From contig LSRY02000025.1 in assembly GCA_001643675.2 (NCBI GenBank), forward strand, positions 806,001 through 870,000: 64,000 nt of DNA, in the 5' to 3' direction. The position numbers and the translations under genes are program-made. Below, one piece after another: positions 38,770 through 51,800 of this stretch; the stretch's first letter is position 1; each line of letters starts with the position of its first letter. This DNA is from Monocercomonoides exilis PA203. Taxonomy: Eukaryota; Protista; Preaxostyla. The notes below the pieces were generated by a model. That model saw nothing but the letters and a program-made list of their open reading frames with translations, had not been told where the DNA came from and searched no databases.

Positions 38770-41700
38770 AAAAAGCGGTTGGCGTGTTCACGTGGGAAAT
38801 GCAATTGTTACAGCAAAGGAACGTTTTAGTGTGATGGGCTGTGCTGCTTAGGGTGTTGTGTATTCCACCGATGCTGCGATATCGGTGATGTTTTCGGTTT
38901 CGCTGATGGCTCTGCATCCTTCGCTTGCAGCGTCGATGGGAACGAAGTCGGGGAGGAAGTGAATGCGTTCACGTCGATCTACGATCTGTTTGACCCATCG
39001 AAGCAGCCGTCAAAGATAGAGCTGCTGGTGTCACGATCGCAACAGTCGAGGCGCGTGGAAGTTAAGCTGGTCAACAAAATGGGGAAGCGAATGGTTGCAG
39101 TGTGTGAAGTGGGGGAGATTGTGGAGAAGGGGCTGTCGGAGGTTGGGCTGAGGACGGAGGATGTGGTTCTGTCTCCAGCAGCGATTGCGCTGGCAATGCT
39201 GGAGAAGCGCGAAGAAGCAGAGGAAGCAAAAGAAAAAAAGAAAAAGAAAAAAAGAAGGAAAAAAAGTTTGCTGGAGAGAAGAAGATGAATAAAAAGGAAA
39301 AGTATGAAAAGGTGAAGCAGGAGATAAAGAAGAAGTATTTGGAGTTTCACATGAAGCTGCAAAAGATCATGGAAGATGAGAGGATTTTGAAGCTGATAAA
39401 CAAGCTGGAGGAGCGGCTGCAGGAGAAGGATAAGATCATATCGATGCAGGAGAGGAAGATTCTGCAGCTGAATGAGAAGTCTAACTCAGAAGAAAGGAGG
39501 TGAAGGAGGTGAATGAGGCGAAGGGACAGTTGGTGGCCACGAAGGAGAAGGCGGGGCTGATTGGTGTAAGGATTGAGAAGGAGAAGAAAGGCTGTTCTTT
39601 TCAGGGCGAAGTGGTGAGTATGGATGGCAAGCAGTAACTGATGTATCGGCTGTAACAATTGACACATCTCCTTCATTACTTTGTGCGTATAATGGGGTGG
39701 TTCCATCTTTGATTTCCTTGAATCTACTGTTGGGGCTGTGCGAAAACTGCCAGGAGAAGTTAACAGAGATCAACAAAAATGGAAGTGCTGTGATTCTTGG
39801 GCCAGACCTGAATGGGAAGGTTGCTGTTGCGAAAGTGGCGAGCGGGGTGAGTGTTGTGGGAGAAGCAAACAGCGGAGGTGGAGGTGGTGGTGGAAGAGAA
39901 GATGCAACGGTGCAGCAGAAGATGAACAAGATGGAGAAGGAAACGAAGATGCTGATTGCGCTGTCGAAAGTGCAGTAGCAGACGTTAAGCGAGCAGAAGG
40001 AGCTGTTCAAGGAGATGATTTAGAATCAGAAGACAACGCTTGCGTAATAGAAGAAGGATTAGAAGAAAATGAAGGCGTCGTATGAAGAGACGGTGCTGCG
40101 CCTGGTTGGGTAGGTGAATGAGCTGGATGAGCAGGTTGGGTTTGGGGACTTTGGAGGTGGCAAAGAAGGCGGGGCAGAGGAGAAAGATGAGAAGGAGAAG
40201 GATGCGGAGAGGAGGAGGAAGAACGAAAGTTGAGGCGGAAAATACGATGAAGCTGAGGAAGATGAAAAGGGAGAAGAAATAGATGAGAGCTAGCCGCATG
40301 GGTTTCATCCATCGCAGTGTAAAGATCTAATGAAAGAGTGAAAGGACTGGATGCTCGCTGTTGTTCCAAATTGTGAAGAAAAAGGGGTAGGGAAGGCGAT
40401 TATGTGCAGCGGCTGTACATGCTTCTTGAGCAGACAACAGACAGCCGAGACCGGGAAGAGTCGGAGTGGCCAGTGACTTCGCGTGGTGGAACGGGGCAGG
40501 GTTGTCTGTGGCAAGCGGGGCGCCTTTGCCAAATGGGAAGACAGAGATGAAGCGGCTGATGAGCACGGTGTCAGGTGTGCTGGGGCAAGTGGCGTACGAA
40601 ATGGTTTATGCGCTTCGGATGTCGCACATATATTAGTCGTCTATTCCGATTCAGCGGAGTCAGCAGTAGCTAAAGACAGGACTGCGATAGATGCTGGCGT
40701 GGACGCTGTCAACGATCCAGGGAATATAAAGAGAAGATATTAGCAGATTTGAGAAATGGCAGCTCTGGGTGGGAAGATGGGGTGCTTCCAAGTCAGTTGT
40801 TTTGGGGATATTTTGTGTATGCGGCTGGGGGAGAAGCACGCGGTGCAGAAGAAGAGCGAGGCGGCGCTGTGTGCGATGGTGTGCGAAGTGGAGCTGTTCT
40901 GGAAGGACTTTGCGAAGATGCGGTTGTTTGGTAGAATGTGCCGGAGGAGTTTCCTGGATGCGAGCTGTATGACTTCCTGTACTGCAACACTGTGCTGTTT
41001 GAAGGTGACCAGCAGCAGTTGTGGATGAAAGAGAAAGAGGACTTCTTGACTATGTCGTTACGGATGTGTCGGATGTGTATCAACATTGTGCTTGAAGGGG
41101 AATTGGGGAAGAAGATAAAGTTGTTTCTCGGGGAGTTGGAAGAAATTAAGTCGGATAATGGGGAGGCAGAAGCGTATGTGTTTCTTGGATTGTTGCTGAA
41201 CTTCTGAGAAAGAAGCTGCGAGGTTGAAAGAGGCGATGAATGCGCAGTCAGATGCGATATGCAGTGAAGATCCACTGATTTCATCATCTTCAGCAACATC
41301 ATCGTCAATGGGTGTGGCTTGTTGAGGCAATGCAAACGATGAAGTGGAGTCTCTTCCGCATGTGCAATCCACAGACGCTATTTGCGCTGTCCCTGAGGAT
41401 CTTCGAAGACGCTTGCTGGCTGTTTTGATGCTGTCTGCCATATTAAGTGTCGGTGCTGTGGGCATAAGAGGACAACGACTTTATCAAGCTGTACCAGCAG
41501 CAGCCGGACGTGTGTGATGCTGCTAACCGACGAGAGCCTCTATCATAGTCTGAGAACGTTGCGGTTGAAAAGACTGTGAGCTGTCACTTTGCACTGCGGA
41601 AGCAAACACCTGACGAATAGATGCGGGCGCTTTCGTTGGTGTCGGCTGGGACGTGGGTTAAGGTTGTGCTGAGGTGGAGTGTGGAGAGTGTGCAGCCGGA

Positions 41701-41880
41701 GATGTGGAAGAAAGAAGGGCTATGAGCGCTGTTCCGGATGGTTCTGCTGCTTGTGAAGGATTTTGTTGAGCTGTAGCTGTGGAGGGAATGATGTGGAAGG
41801 GGCGATCTGCATTTGGCTGCCGCTTGGGGAAGTGTATTGCATGGAGCCGTTTCACAAGGCTATTGAATGGCAGAAAAAGA
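38770..41880 (+). pseudogene. Decayed, GC-richer coiled-coil-like protein gene with many in-frame TAA/TAG stops and frameshifts
   Basis: Abrupt GC rise. Protein-like Lys/Glu/Gln-rich frames (e.g. MNKKEKYEKVKQEIKKKYLEFH..., QQKMNKMEKETKMLIALSKVQ*QTLSEQKELFKEMI*NQK...) are interrupted by stops. No family recognised. Confidence 0.6.
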
Positions 41881-41904
41881 AAGGAGGAGTCAATAAATTG
41901 TAAT

Positions 41905-42330
41905 GCATCATCTTCTTTTCCTTCCTTTTTTACCTTCCTCCTCCTCCTCTTCTTCTTCTTCTTCTTCGTCTTCAACTTCTTCTACGTTTTCTCCTTTCCT
42001 TCCAGCTATGCCATCTTCAACTTCTTCTTCTCGTTCTTCTTCTTCTCCATTTAACTCTTCTTCTTCTTCTTCTTCTTCTCATTCGCTATCACACCTTTCC
42101 TTCTCTCCCCCTACTTTCTCTGATTCTCATCCTTTCCCGCCTCCTCCACGCTTTGCACTCGACATGGCACATTCTCCCTTATCTTCGCACATCCACCCTC
42201 CGCCTGCCTCATTTAACAAACAAACAGAACACGGCTCAGCAAGTTCCTCACATTTTTCTCATTTGTCTTTTTCTCCTCTTCCTCCTCTTTCTTTTTCTTC
42301 TTTTTCTTCCTCTTCTTCCTCTTTTTTCTT
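41905..42330. repeat. Pyrimidine-rich low-complexity tract (CTT/CCT repeats)
   Basis: Runs of ttc/ctc/ctt. The minus strand would give poly-Glu-like sequence. Confidence 0.7.
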
Positions 42331-42424
42331 ATTGTGTTAATTATCTTTCAAAAATTATTTTGAAAAAATGATAATATAATTAACATAGAGAATGCAACAT
42401 TTATTCATTTTCTATTATATTTCT

Positions 42425-43378
42425 TTAAAAAAACGCTCGAAAAGAAGAAGTTGTTGAAATTGAAGAGGGCGAAGTCGAAGGTGAATGAAAAGTGGCGGGA
42501 GAAGCAAAAAGAGAAGAGGCTCCTTTTGAATTCCTCGAGGAGTTCTTGAATGAGGAGCTTCTTTCCAAAACACTTCCCGAAGTTGAGCTACCAATCGAAA
42601 TGATACAACCTCCAGACAGCTTCACTCCATCAGCAGATATTCCATTGTGTGCAACGCTTCCACAGTTGCCAATCTCAAATACATTGGTTGTTGCTTCAAT
42701 CTGTTCCAGTTTCACATTTATAATATTTATCTCATCTCCATTTAACAGAAACGAAGACTTCTTGAATGAAAGGAACGATACTGAGCAGTTGTCAACATGA
42801 AGAATTCCATTTTCGATGCTCAACAATGTTGAATTGAGAACAACAGATTCAATGTTTTCTGATTCCCCAACCGGAGAAAAATAAACAGATGAAAGGGAAA
42901 GTTGTCCACTTGTTTCATGAATAATAGAACTGCCCAAATACGTAAACAACTGACCAAAGTTGAATTTCAATCTTTCAATACGAACTTTTTCTGAGGTTGT
43001 GAAAAGACTTCCCTCTTTACCAACAATTGTTGAGTTCAGATACACCAAAGCAGCTGAGGGAATTTCCAATGAGTGAATGCTAACATTCTGCACGCTGCAT
43101 TCTCTGTTGATGATTGTTTCCTCTGATATCAACATCTGTGAGTATAGAGATGGAATAATGTGTTGAATTCCAACATTCAGCGATTGGCAAGGAACACTGA
43201 ACTCCCCACATTGCTTGCTATCTCCATGATTATCTGCAACAGAAGAAACAAATATCGTCTCGCTCTGGTTTTTCACAACACTCAACAAAAGATCTTCTTC
43301 CCCCACAAACAAATCTGTTGAACATCCCCACATTGCCAGCTCCAAAACAAACAGTGCTTTGAAATATGCAGCAAACAT
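42425..43378 (-). pseudogene. Orphan fragment (one ectodomain module) of the receptor-pseudokinase family
   Basis: YFKALFVLELAMWGCSTDLFVGEEDLLLSVVKNQSETIFVSSVADNHGDSKQCGEFSVPCQSL aligns with DFRAPFVKDLAMWGCTTDSFVGEEDLLLRVVKYQSETIFVSSAADNHEDSKQCGEFGKPCESL (9812-10000; 56732-56920). No signal peptide, TM or kinase part. Confidence 0.85.
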
Positions 43379-44265
43379 GTAAATCTGAAAAAAAATTCAT
43401 TTTTCTATAATTAAATTTTGTATTCTTTAAAAAGATAGATGAAAACTGTTTGATTTGCACACTTTTCATCTTAATCAAAGTTGTGGGGGTAATCTTTGTA
43501 TAAATTAAAATTCTTGGAACATTCTGTGACACGAAAAATTATAATCAAATGAGAATTCGAATTAACATTGAAAATCAAGTTTATCAGGGAAAACAATCGA
43601 AGAATACCTTGTTTATTTCAGAAATCCACAATTATGAAACTATTCATGCTAATAAAACCTTTTCACTTTGAAATACTGAAATTTTTATATTGATCAAAAT
43701 GAATGATATATAATACTTTGATCCAAATTGTTTTTTTCCGAAAAAAAGTTTGTTATGAATCAACAAATATGATTGTGAAAGATATATTTTTTCATTTGTA
43801 TTATGGAAACGGAGTGTTTTATAATTAACTTCCATGGGTCAGATTTCTGATCTGTGGTGACTTTTCATAAAAAAATACCCAAATCATTTCTGTCTTTCTT
43901 TCACATCAAAGGATGTATTTTGATTCAACAAAATAAACAAAACATTTCTATAATAATCCTTTTCTCGAATTCATAAAATTCTCATTATTGTGCACGCCCC
44001 GAAAAAAGCAATGATTTCAAATAATCACAAAATAGATAATTAAAATAAAATAAAAATATTTGACACATATTTGTGTAATTCTTTTTGTTGAGTTGTGAAC
44101 GTTAAATACCCTTGGTGAAAAAATAGGTGGTTCTGGACTTTAAATTGGTGCTGTTTTTGATAACATTTATATCCACTTAATGTTTTTCGAACATTTTGGT
44201 AAACATTTTGCAGGATAATGAAGAATTTCAATGATTGAATTAAACAAATGATAAAACAAATGTGA

Positions 44266-45614
44266 CAAAATATTTGACTTCATGAATTTTCATTGAAAAA
44301 TTATGCATTTCTGATGAACTTTTTGTGATCAAAGTACACAATTAAAATGTGTCCATTTTTTGACATTATTGAAATGTTGGAAAACTTTTTTTTTTCAACT
44401 ATGCTTTTTTTCGGAGATGAAAATCAAATTTTTTTCGAAATCTGACAATGAGAAATAAAGTTATAAGAAAAGCTATTTTTCAATGCCTGGTGCAAAAAAT
44501 GCTTGAAAGTCAATATTTTTCCCCATATTCATTTATGTTTTAGCTAAAACATTTGTTTTTGAAATGGCTTTGAAGAAATTTATCAAAAAAACACATAATC
44601 TCTATTCAATGACAAACAACCTTTGCAAAATCAACACACCGAAAAATTTCATGATTTCAAAAATATTAACCCATTACTACATCAATGATAGCTATTAACA
44701 TATAAGAAAATACAATTTATTATGAAATCTGAAAATGTTTAATAAAAGAAAGAGAAAAACAGAAATTTAATTCTTCATGCAAAAAAAAGCTTGAAAGTCT
44801 ATATTGTCCTACACATATACAACTCTATCTCAATTTTTCTGTTTCTTGCGTTGATCCATTAATCTAGCGAGAATTAAAAAAAATATTCCAAAGTCATTGC
44901 GTTTGTCTTTCACTGTGCACTCCACATTTAAGTTTGAATAAATTAATGTTCACGGTTTTCAAATCTGAGGTGGCAAACAAATATGAGGAAAATTTTTTGT
45001 ATGTTATGAATTGAAACGAACAATCGAGCAATTATTTAACCGAAGGAAATCCACACAACGTTGCCTCCTTCAATCATTCATAATGCATTTAATCGAAGTG
45101 TAGTTTTGTTCAATTATTTTTGGATAGTTCTTTTGAAACAGCCAGAACCATCATTTCTCACTTTTCCCACTCTATGAAACAGATTCATCTTTTATTGCTT
45201 GAGTATTACAAGCAAAAAACTTTTTGGAGGATAAGAGAGTAATTTGGAAAAGAATATTGAGACTTTTTTAGAAATGGATAAAATCGAAAAGAAAGAAATG
45301 AAACATTTCTCAGAAAATTTTCTGAAAATGATAGAAAAACAAAAACAAGGGGGGGAAAATATGGACTTTCAAGCTTTTTTTGCACAAAGCATGAAAAAAT
45401 AGAATCACTTATATCATTTTTATACGAAACCGGATTTCGTAATCTATTTGATTTTCATATCTGAAAACAAACATTATTGATATTACTGTATAATGTTTTG
45501 TGAGATCAAACGAATTTCAAAAAATGGACCCATTTATTTCAAATTTTTTGATCACAAAAAGATCATCAGAGACGCATAATTTTTCAATAAAAATGCCTGA
45601 AGTCAAATATTTTG
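44266..45614. mobile_element. Imperfect inverted-repeat element (~260-bp arms 44266-44524 and 45349-45614, ~0.8-kb spacer); non-autonomous TIR-like element
   Basis: caaaatatttgacttcatgaattttcattgaaaaattatgcatttctgatgaactttttgtgatcaa pairs with the reverse complement of 45548-45614. gcttgaaagtcaatatttttcccc pairs with ggggaaaatatggactttcaagc. No TSD or transposase seen. Confidence 0.6.
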
Positions 45615-45973
45615 ATTTAATAAAATGTGCTGTTTCAATAAACGAGAAGATCTAATCATTTACAAGTGATAAAGGTGAAAGAAATATTGCTCTGAACAAA
45701 AATTCTGATTTTTGTTTTCTTTTCAAATTAATCAATTTTTCGATAACCTTTTCTCTTTATTTTTTGTTCATACATAAAAAAAGTCAAAATAAAACAAAGA
45801 CCATATTTATCTTTTGTTCCATTCGACTGAACAGAAACAATAAGAGAAAGAAAATTGTGAAAATGTTTTTTCAAAAAAGTTTCAGTTTATCACACAAACC
45901 AAACAAAGAATTCAAAACATTTGCTGACTCACCTTTCCCCAAAAGAATGAATGAGCACAGGTTGCTGGTGTCA

Positions 45974-45976
45974 AAG

Positions 45977-46006
<30 letters not shown>
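45974..46006 (+). repeat. (AAG)11 microsatellite
   Basis: Direct reading. Confidence 0.9.
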
Positions 46007-46007
<1 letters not shown>

Positions 46008-46780
46008 TGATGAAGAAAAGCTATGATTTTCATCGCTCACAGAAGGAGCTGAAGATATTAAAGAGATTATTCAACTGCTTTTCAGAGGCAAAATAATTGG
46101 TGTTTCCACCAAAAGAACCATATCAGTCAAATTGAAATTTGATGAAAAACAATTGAAAGAAGATTATTCGAAAAATTCAGCTCTTCCATCTCAGTCAAAG
46201 CGGCTTTCGCTTTGCTCCATTTGATAAAAACAGAAAAAAAATATCTTCTCAATCCAATAAGTGTAATATTTCCTCTTTCTTTCTTCAATCTCTCTTTCTT
46301 CATCCACAAACAGCAGAATTCCAAATTGAAGCATACAAACAGGAAGAGATCCATTCAGAAGATGTGTTGTTGAATGTGCCAATGAATGAAGAAGGTGGAT
46401 TTTTGGAAACAACTTCATTTCAAAGCACGATGACAGAGAAACCACAAACAAGGCATCGGATCTTTTGGTGGGAAGAGAACACAAAGGCAATTGCGCTGGC
46501 AACCTGAGAAATGGAGAAAGAGGAATTGAAGATCCCAAGAAAAGTTATGATGAGGGATTTGAGGAGTTGTAATCACAGTGACTGCAATGAAGAAGAAGAG
46601 GATTTCCGAATGGAAGTTGATGGAACATGTGTCGAAGATGAAGATGTGAATGAGGAAAAATACACAACAATAAAACAAATATGAATGCAAATAAAAGAAA
46701 TTAAATTTAAAAAATGAATAATACAAATATTAAACCGGAAGAGGACGATTGCCATGATGAAAACTGAAACGAAAGGTTAA
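46007..46780 (+). pseudogene. Decayed acidic-protein coding remnant
   Basis: Purine-rich protein-like frame (EDVLLNVPMNEEGGFLETT...IFWWEENTKAIALAT*EMEKEE...CNEEEEDFRMEVDG) broken by stops. Confidence 0.35.
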
Positions 46781-46920
46781 AAAAAAATTATTCGAAATTA
46801 GCTGCAACAAATTCAAGAAAAATTCAAGAAAAAAAAAGAAGAATAGGAAGAATAAAACTCTGATGAATATCTTGAAACAGTGGAGAAAATCATTTCTTGT
46901 TTGCTATTATTTCATGATTC

Positions 46921-48490
46921 TTAATGATGAATTAAATAATCGTTGAGATCATTTGATAGCCTCCAAATACCAGCAAAATAAAAATTTGATCGATAGAAGC
47001 TGATAACAATATCTTCATATCCTTCTTCTTCCATCTTCTCACGCAGCTTTCGATACAGCATCATTTTCTGCTTTGCCTTTTCACTTTCTTCCTTCGCCTT
47101 TCCATTCAGCCAGCTCCAGGCAAACCAAACAAACGAAGACAAGCTATTTTTCTTTTCCATTTTTCTGCTCAATATTCGAGAAAGCTTATAAAAAACTCTT
47201 CTGCCGAAAGTTAAAAGTTCATCATTAATTGTTGGCTGAAGCATTTCCTCCAAAATGAAATCGATAGCCTCTTCACATGGCAAATAATCCTCAGATTCTG
47301 CTTTTTTCAAAATGATATTATCCAAAAACAAATTGCTATTTTCATAGACTTTTCTGTGATTGCACTTCGCTGCTCTGCACAGATCTATGATGCATCTTGT
47401 CAATCTGACATATTCCTCATTCTGTATTTTGCCTAATCTACCAAAGACATCCAAAGCATCGAGCCATCTCTCCAAAATGATTCTTTCTTTCATTTCTTTG
47501 TCTTCTTTTCTCTTCCAATCCACACATTCTTTCAGAGCTTCCATTTCTCTTGCAGCTTCCCTCACAAAATGCAGCTCATTCACGATCACTTTTTTTAAAG
47601 TTTGATCTTCGTTAAATCTTTCAATCAAAAATTCCCAAGCCGATTGATAGGCAAGTCTTGTCAAGTTGTGATGTTCTTGATGACATTGAATAATCTCTGT
47701 AATCTTATTTAAATATAGCCTTTGTTTAACTTCCTTATGATGATGATAATAATAAAAATAAGAAAGAAGAAATGATACCAAAAATGAAACAGAAGTGAGC
47801 ACACAAAATCGCTATAAATGTTTCTCAAAGCCAACAAAGCCATTTCCACTTCTTTTTGTGTCTCTTCGTCTTCCTCTTTTTTCAATGCAACATCCAGAAG
47901 GCATCTCACACAAATACGAAATATTTTAGGCAAATAGTTGTAACTGAGTGAAAGATAGCATTCACAAAGATCAACCAGCAGATGCTCGTTCTTTTCTTCG
48001 TTTTTCTTTTCTTCTTCAATTATCATCTTTTCAATTCTGCTACTCAGCATGCCAAAATAAAAAGTATTGCTTCCCACATGTTTGGAGTGAGTGTAACATC
48101 CAAAATGCTTCATCAACACGGATACCTTACCAATAGATAGTTTCTTTTCATTTATCATTTTGCAAATTGCTCCAATCGGATTTGTTAATAAAATTTTTCT
48201 TGATTCTTCTTCATTCGTTTCATAAAGCATTTCATTCATCTCATCTATTTTCTGTTTTTGCCCTTCCTCATCGCAATATTCAAGTTCATGAAGCAATTCT
48301 TTAAAATAATAAAAATTACGAGAAATAGCAAGTTTGTTAAATATAAAAGAAACAACAAACTTGTGAACTTTTCTGTAAGATCTGATTTGAATTCTTCATA
48401 AACGCTTTCATCATTATCTTCTTCTTCCTCTTCCTTTTCTTCGTATTCCTTGTCTTCTTCAATGCAGTTAACTGGACTTATTCTGCTCAT
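46921..48490 (-). CDS. Lineage-specific multigene-family helical protein, ~478 aa (3 exons)
   Basis: Exons 48490-48361, 48298-47805 and 47733-46921 splice in frame (introns 62 and 71 nt). Contains EEKKNEEKNEHLLVDLCECY, ETQKEVEMALLAL, LTRLAYQSAWEFL and KMEEEGYED motifs, which I recall from repetitive Monocercomonoides hypothetical proteins. Confidence 0.75.
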
Positions 48491-48799
48491 TGCATATTCT
48501 GAATATTTATAAAATAACACCAGTTGAACAAACAAGACAATCAACAAATGCAAACATCATTGATTGTATCGCAAAATAAAAACGAAACAAACACAATACC
48601 AATTGCTAAACTTTATAAGAAAACTGAAAAAGACAGAATGTTCTCCAAATTCAACAATCTTGTCTGGAAAATGCTCGAAAAGCAAATCTTTTCCTTCTCT
48701 TTGATCAAACCAACAGGAAATCATAAAGAGAAATCATTGATTATTTTTGAAACGTTTTGTTTCATAAGTTGGACTTTTAATTGATTTACTGATGGTGCA

Positions 48800-51700
48800 C
48801 AAAATTAATGCAATGAAATGGAAGTTGGTAGAGGAATGAATGAAAGCTTTCAGAACCAAATTCAGCAAAAAGAGAAAACCATTTATCTTCTTTTTGCCAA
48901 GCGGATAAAGTCTTGAGACAAGGGAACCGAATATTGGCGCACTTGGAATTTAATATTATCCGTGTTCTTGAACAACTTTCATTTTCATTTTAAATGATTC
49001 ATGGTGCTTTTGAAGATGAAGGAATTGAAAAAGGTAAAGTCAAAACGGATTGACGTTTTCAAAACAAAAATTGTGCAAATGGCAGAAAGATATGGAAAAT
49101 ATGTTTCATCGCAAAATAGGCAAATGATACAAATCATTTAAGGATATCTCCTGGAGCAAAGACGGCAGGTTTCATGATCAGTGAAACAGCAGTAATAATT
49201 GATGCTAACTTTTTTCTTTGGGGTTCTTCGAACTCTTTTGCAGCAAGAACAGCCATTTTATTTCTATTGAGCGAAAAATGGATGGGAAATGGGACAAAGA
49301 CAGTTGTGCCATGAAAAGCATTCATGAATCAAGCGAACAAACAACACTTTCTTCAATTTACGAAAAAAGCCAGAAGTTATAAATCAGAGAATTCAGGTGC
49401 TGTTCCAAAGGAATGAAGAGAGCGAAAGGCGCTCTGATTCGTTGCCCCAGTCTTCTTTATGTTTCAGCTCAATCTTCTTTGAACAGACTTGAAATATTTC
49501 TCCGAACTTCGATAGCCACATCTTTATTCAAGAACACATCAACATGAAAGGACACACCACAAAAGAGTCTCTTCAACTCTTCTTTTTTCTCCCTATAAAC
49601 AGAGCAACCAACAGAATAAACCTCTGCCTTTTCAGTCAATACTCTTCTGATTCTCTCAAAATGCATCATCAACAGCACCATATTCTTCACCAGACTTTTT
49701 TCTTTACAAAAATTTTCAACGTTTGTGGTCGTACTGGCAATTTAACAGCCATCATTCACAGCCACAATCATTCTCACAGAAGTCTATTTTGCCTGTCTGT
49801 GTTCTTCTGTTGGATACGCCGATAGAAAGAGGTTTTTGACAAGAAACTCAATATATTCTACTCATGTTTCTACAAGCTTTGAGAAGAATGAAGATCGGCT
49901 CCTTCTCCAATTTTAGGTGCCTTTTGTCAAAAATGATATTGTTTTGCCATGCAACAATACAGAATGCAGCGAGATTAGCATCTGCACACTTTTCTTTCTG
50001 AATGAACAGAGATTTATTCAAAGGGAATTGAATTGCAGGCGATCTCTTGAAACAGACGTTGTTTCCCTGCAGCCGAATAGAAACAGGCAGAAATGACCAA
50101 TTTTATGCTATCAGAACGAAGAGACAGATCAGAAGAAATTTGTCATTGAAACATTATTGGTTCATATTCTTTGTCTGCTCAGACGAGGAAGAGGGGCAGA
50201 CGCACTTTCTGAAGAAATACTCTTTTCAGATTGATTCTTAATCTTCCCACAAACAATGGGCTTATGCGGCATTCACAAAGAAAATGAAAGGAAAATATCC
50301 TCAAGGACAATTTCCATTCATTTCGATCTTCCTCTTCTTCCAGTCAATCTTTGCAACACTTCACATCTTTTTTTTCTTTCATCATTTTTCATGTTGTCAG
50401 TCAACTTCAATGGATCACTCTTCATTTACGATCTTTGTTCATCTTCTGTCACAAAGAGCGGTGGAGAGGAAAAAGAAATAGCAGGGGAAAAAAGGAAGAT
50501 GCTGTTCAACCAAAGATTATAATTGATATGGTGTTGGTGAAGCACCGAGAAAAGGAATCTTCCAACAGAATTGCATTGCCTTGAATTCCTTCCTGTTTTC
50601 ATAGAGCTGCTTGATGCAAAGAGTCTGCTCTGTCACACTTTATGCTCTTCTTCATCATTATTGTTGCCATCATCATCTTCCTCCTCCACTTCTTCCAATT
50701 CAAAAAATCCAGCAACGGCTTCTTTTGTTCTTAACAGCTCTTTCTCCACATCATCTTCTTCTCCTTCTTCTCCTTCTTCTCCTTCTTCTCCTTCTTCTCC
50801 TTCTTCTCCTTCTTCTCCTTCTTCTCCTTCTTCTCCTCCTCCTCCTCCTTCTCCTTCTTCTGTTTCTCCGCCAATCCTATCAACACAACAACCTGTTTCA
50901 GTGCTATCTTTATCATCAACATCATCATATCGAAATCCTTTTCTTCCTCTTCTTTATTTTTTAATTCTTCTTTCTCTTCGTTCCTTCTGCATTGCAAGCA
51001 TCTTCACCTGAAAATTACAAAGATTTAATTTCAATCCAAATGACAAATAAATCATTCTCAAAGGCTTTTCTGATTCAATTACTTCTTCGGAGCTACTTTG
51101 CCCTCTTTCGCACAAAATATTCCTATTTCATTTGCTGCAGCCGTCTTTCAACAGACCACTTCATCAGCAACCTCTCCTTTTGGATCGTCCTGTTAAATGC
51201 ACCACACACAGCTGTTCATGATGCGAGATGAGAGCTTTGTTCCATCATCCATTTTGTTAAATGATACACATCACATCCTCAGAAACCATCACCATTTGTG
51301 GAGATAGAAATATTTTTGTGAGACAGCAAGGTATTTGTGTTTGTGCCAAAGGAGCACACTAAGAACACAAAATGAGAGAAGCAGAGAAGAATGAAATTGT
51401 TGGAATAAAAACTCTTTGATCAGAAAAAATAACTTGAGAGGACAAGCATTTGAGAAAAGCAGTTTTGGAGAAGATGATGACGCATGATGTGACCAGACAA
51501 AAGGAATGATTCTGAGGATGAAGACAAGAAAAGACAATACGAAAAAACGGTAAAGTTTGCAAGCATGCGTCTTGCTACTTAACATTTATATGAAAGATGA
51601 TGATTACAGGCAAATGAGACTCGACAATTGATAAAGCAATTTACACATTCAGAAAGCTCCACCTTGAAGAAGAAACGAAACAACCTCAATGAAATGTTCA

Positions 51701-51800
51701 TGAAAAAGGAATTTTGAAGAAAGTGATCGAAGAGCAAAGGAGAACATTTTATTTGCAAAGAGATATGCCCATATAAGATTATTGAAAGTTTACTCATTTT
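48800..51800. pseudogene. Patchwork of decayed coding-like fragments, no recognisable family
   Basis: GC content above the intergenic level, short stop-ridden protein-like frames on both strands, and an acidic G/E-rich remnant on the minus strand at 50640-50930. Confidence 0.3.
50757..50837. repeat. 9-bp tandem repeat (TTCTCCTTC)n, encoding GEE repeats on the minus strand
   Basis: About eight consecutive tcttctcct units. Confidence 0.9.

Noticed and set aside
38770-41880. Possible DIRS/LTR retroelement
   Set aside because: No RT (YxDD), RNase H, integrase or tyrosine recombinase motifs found.
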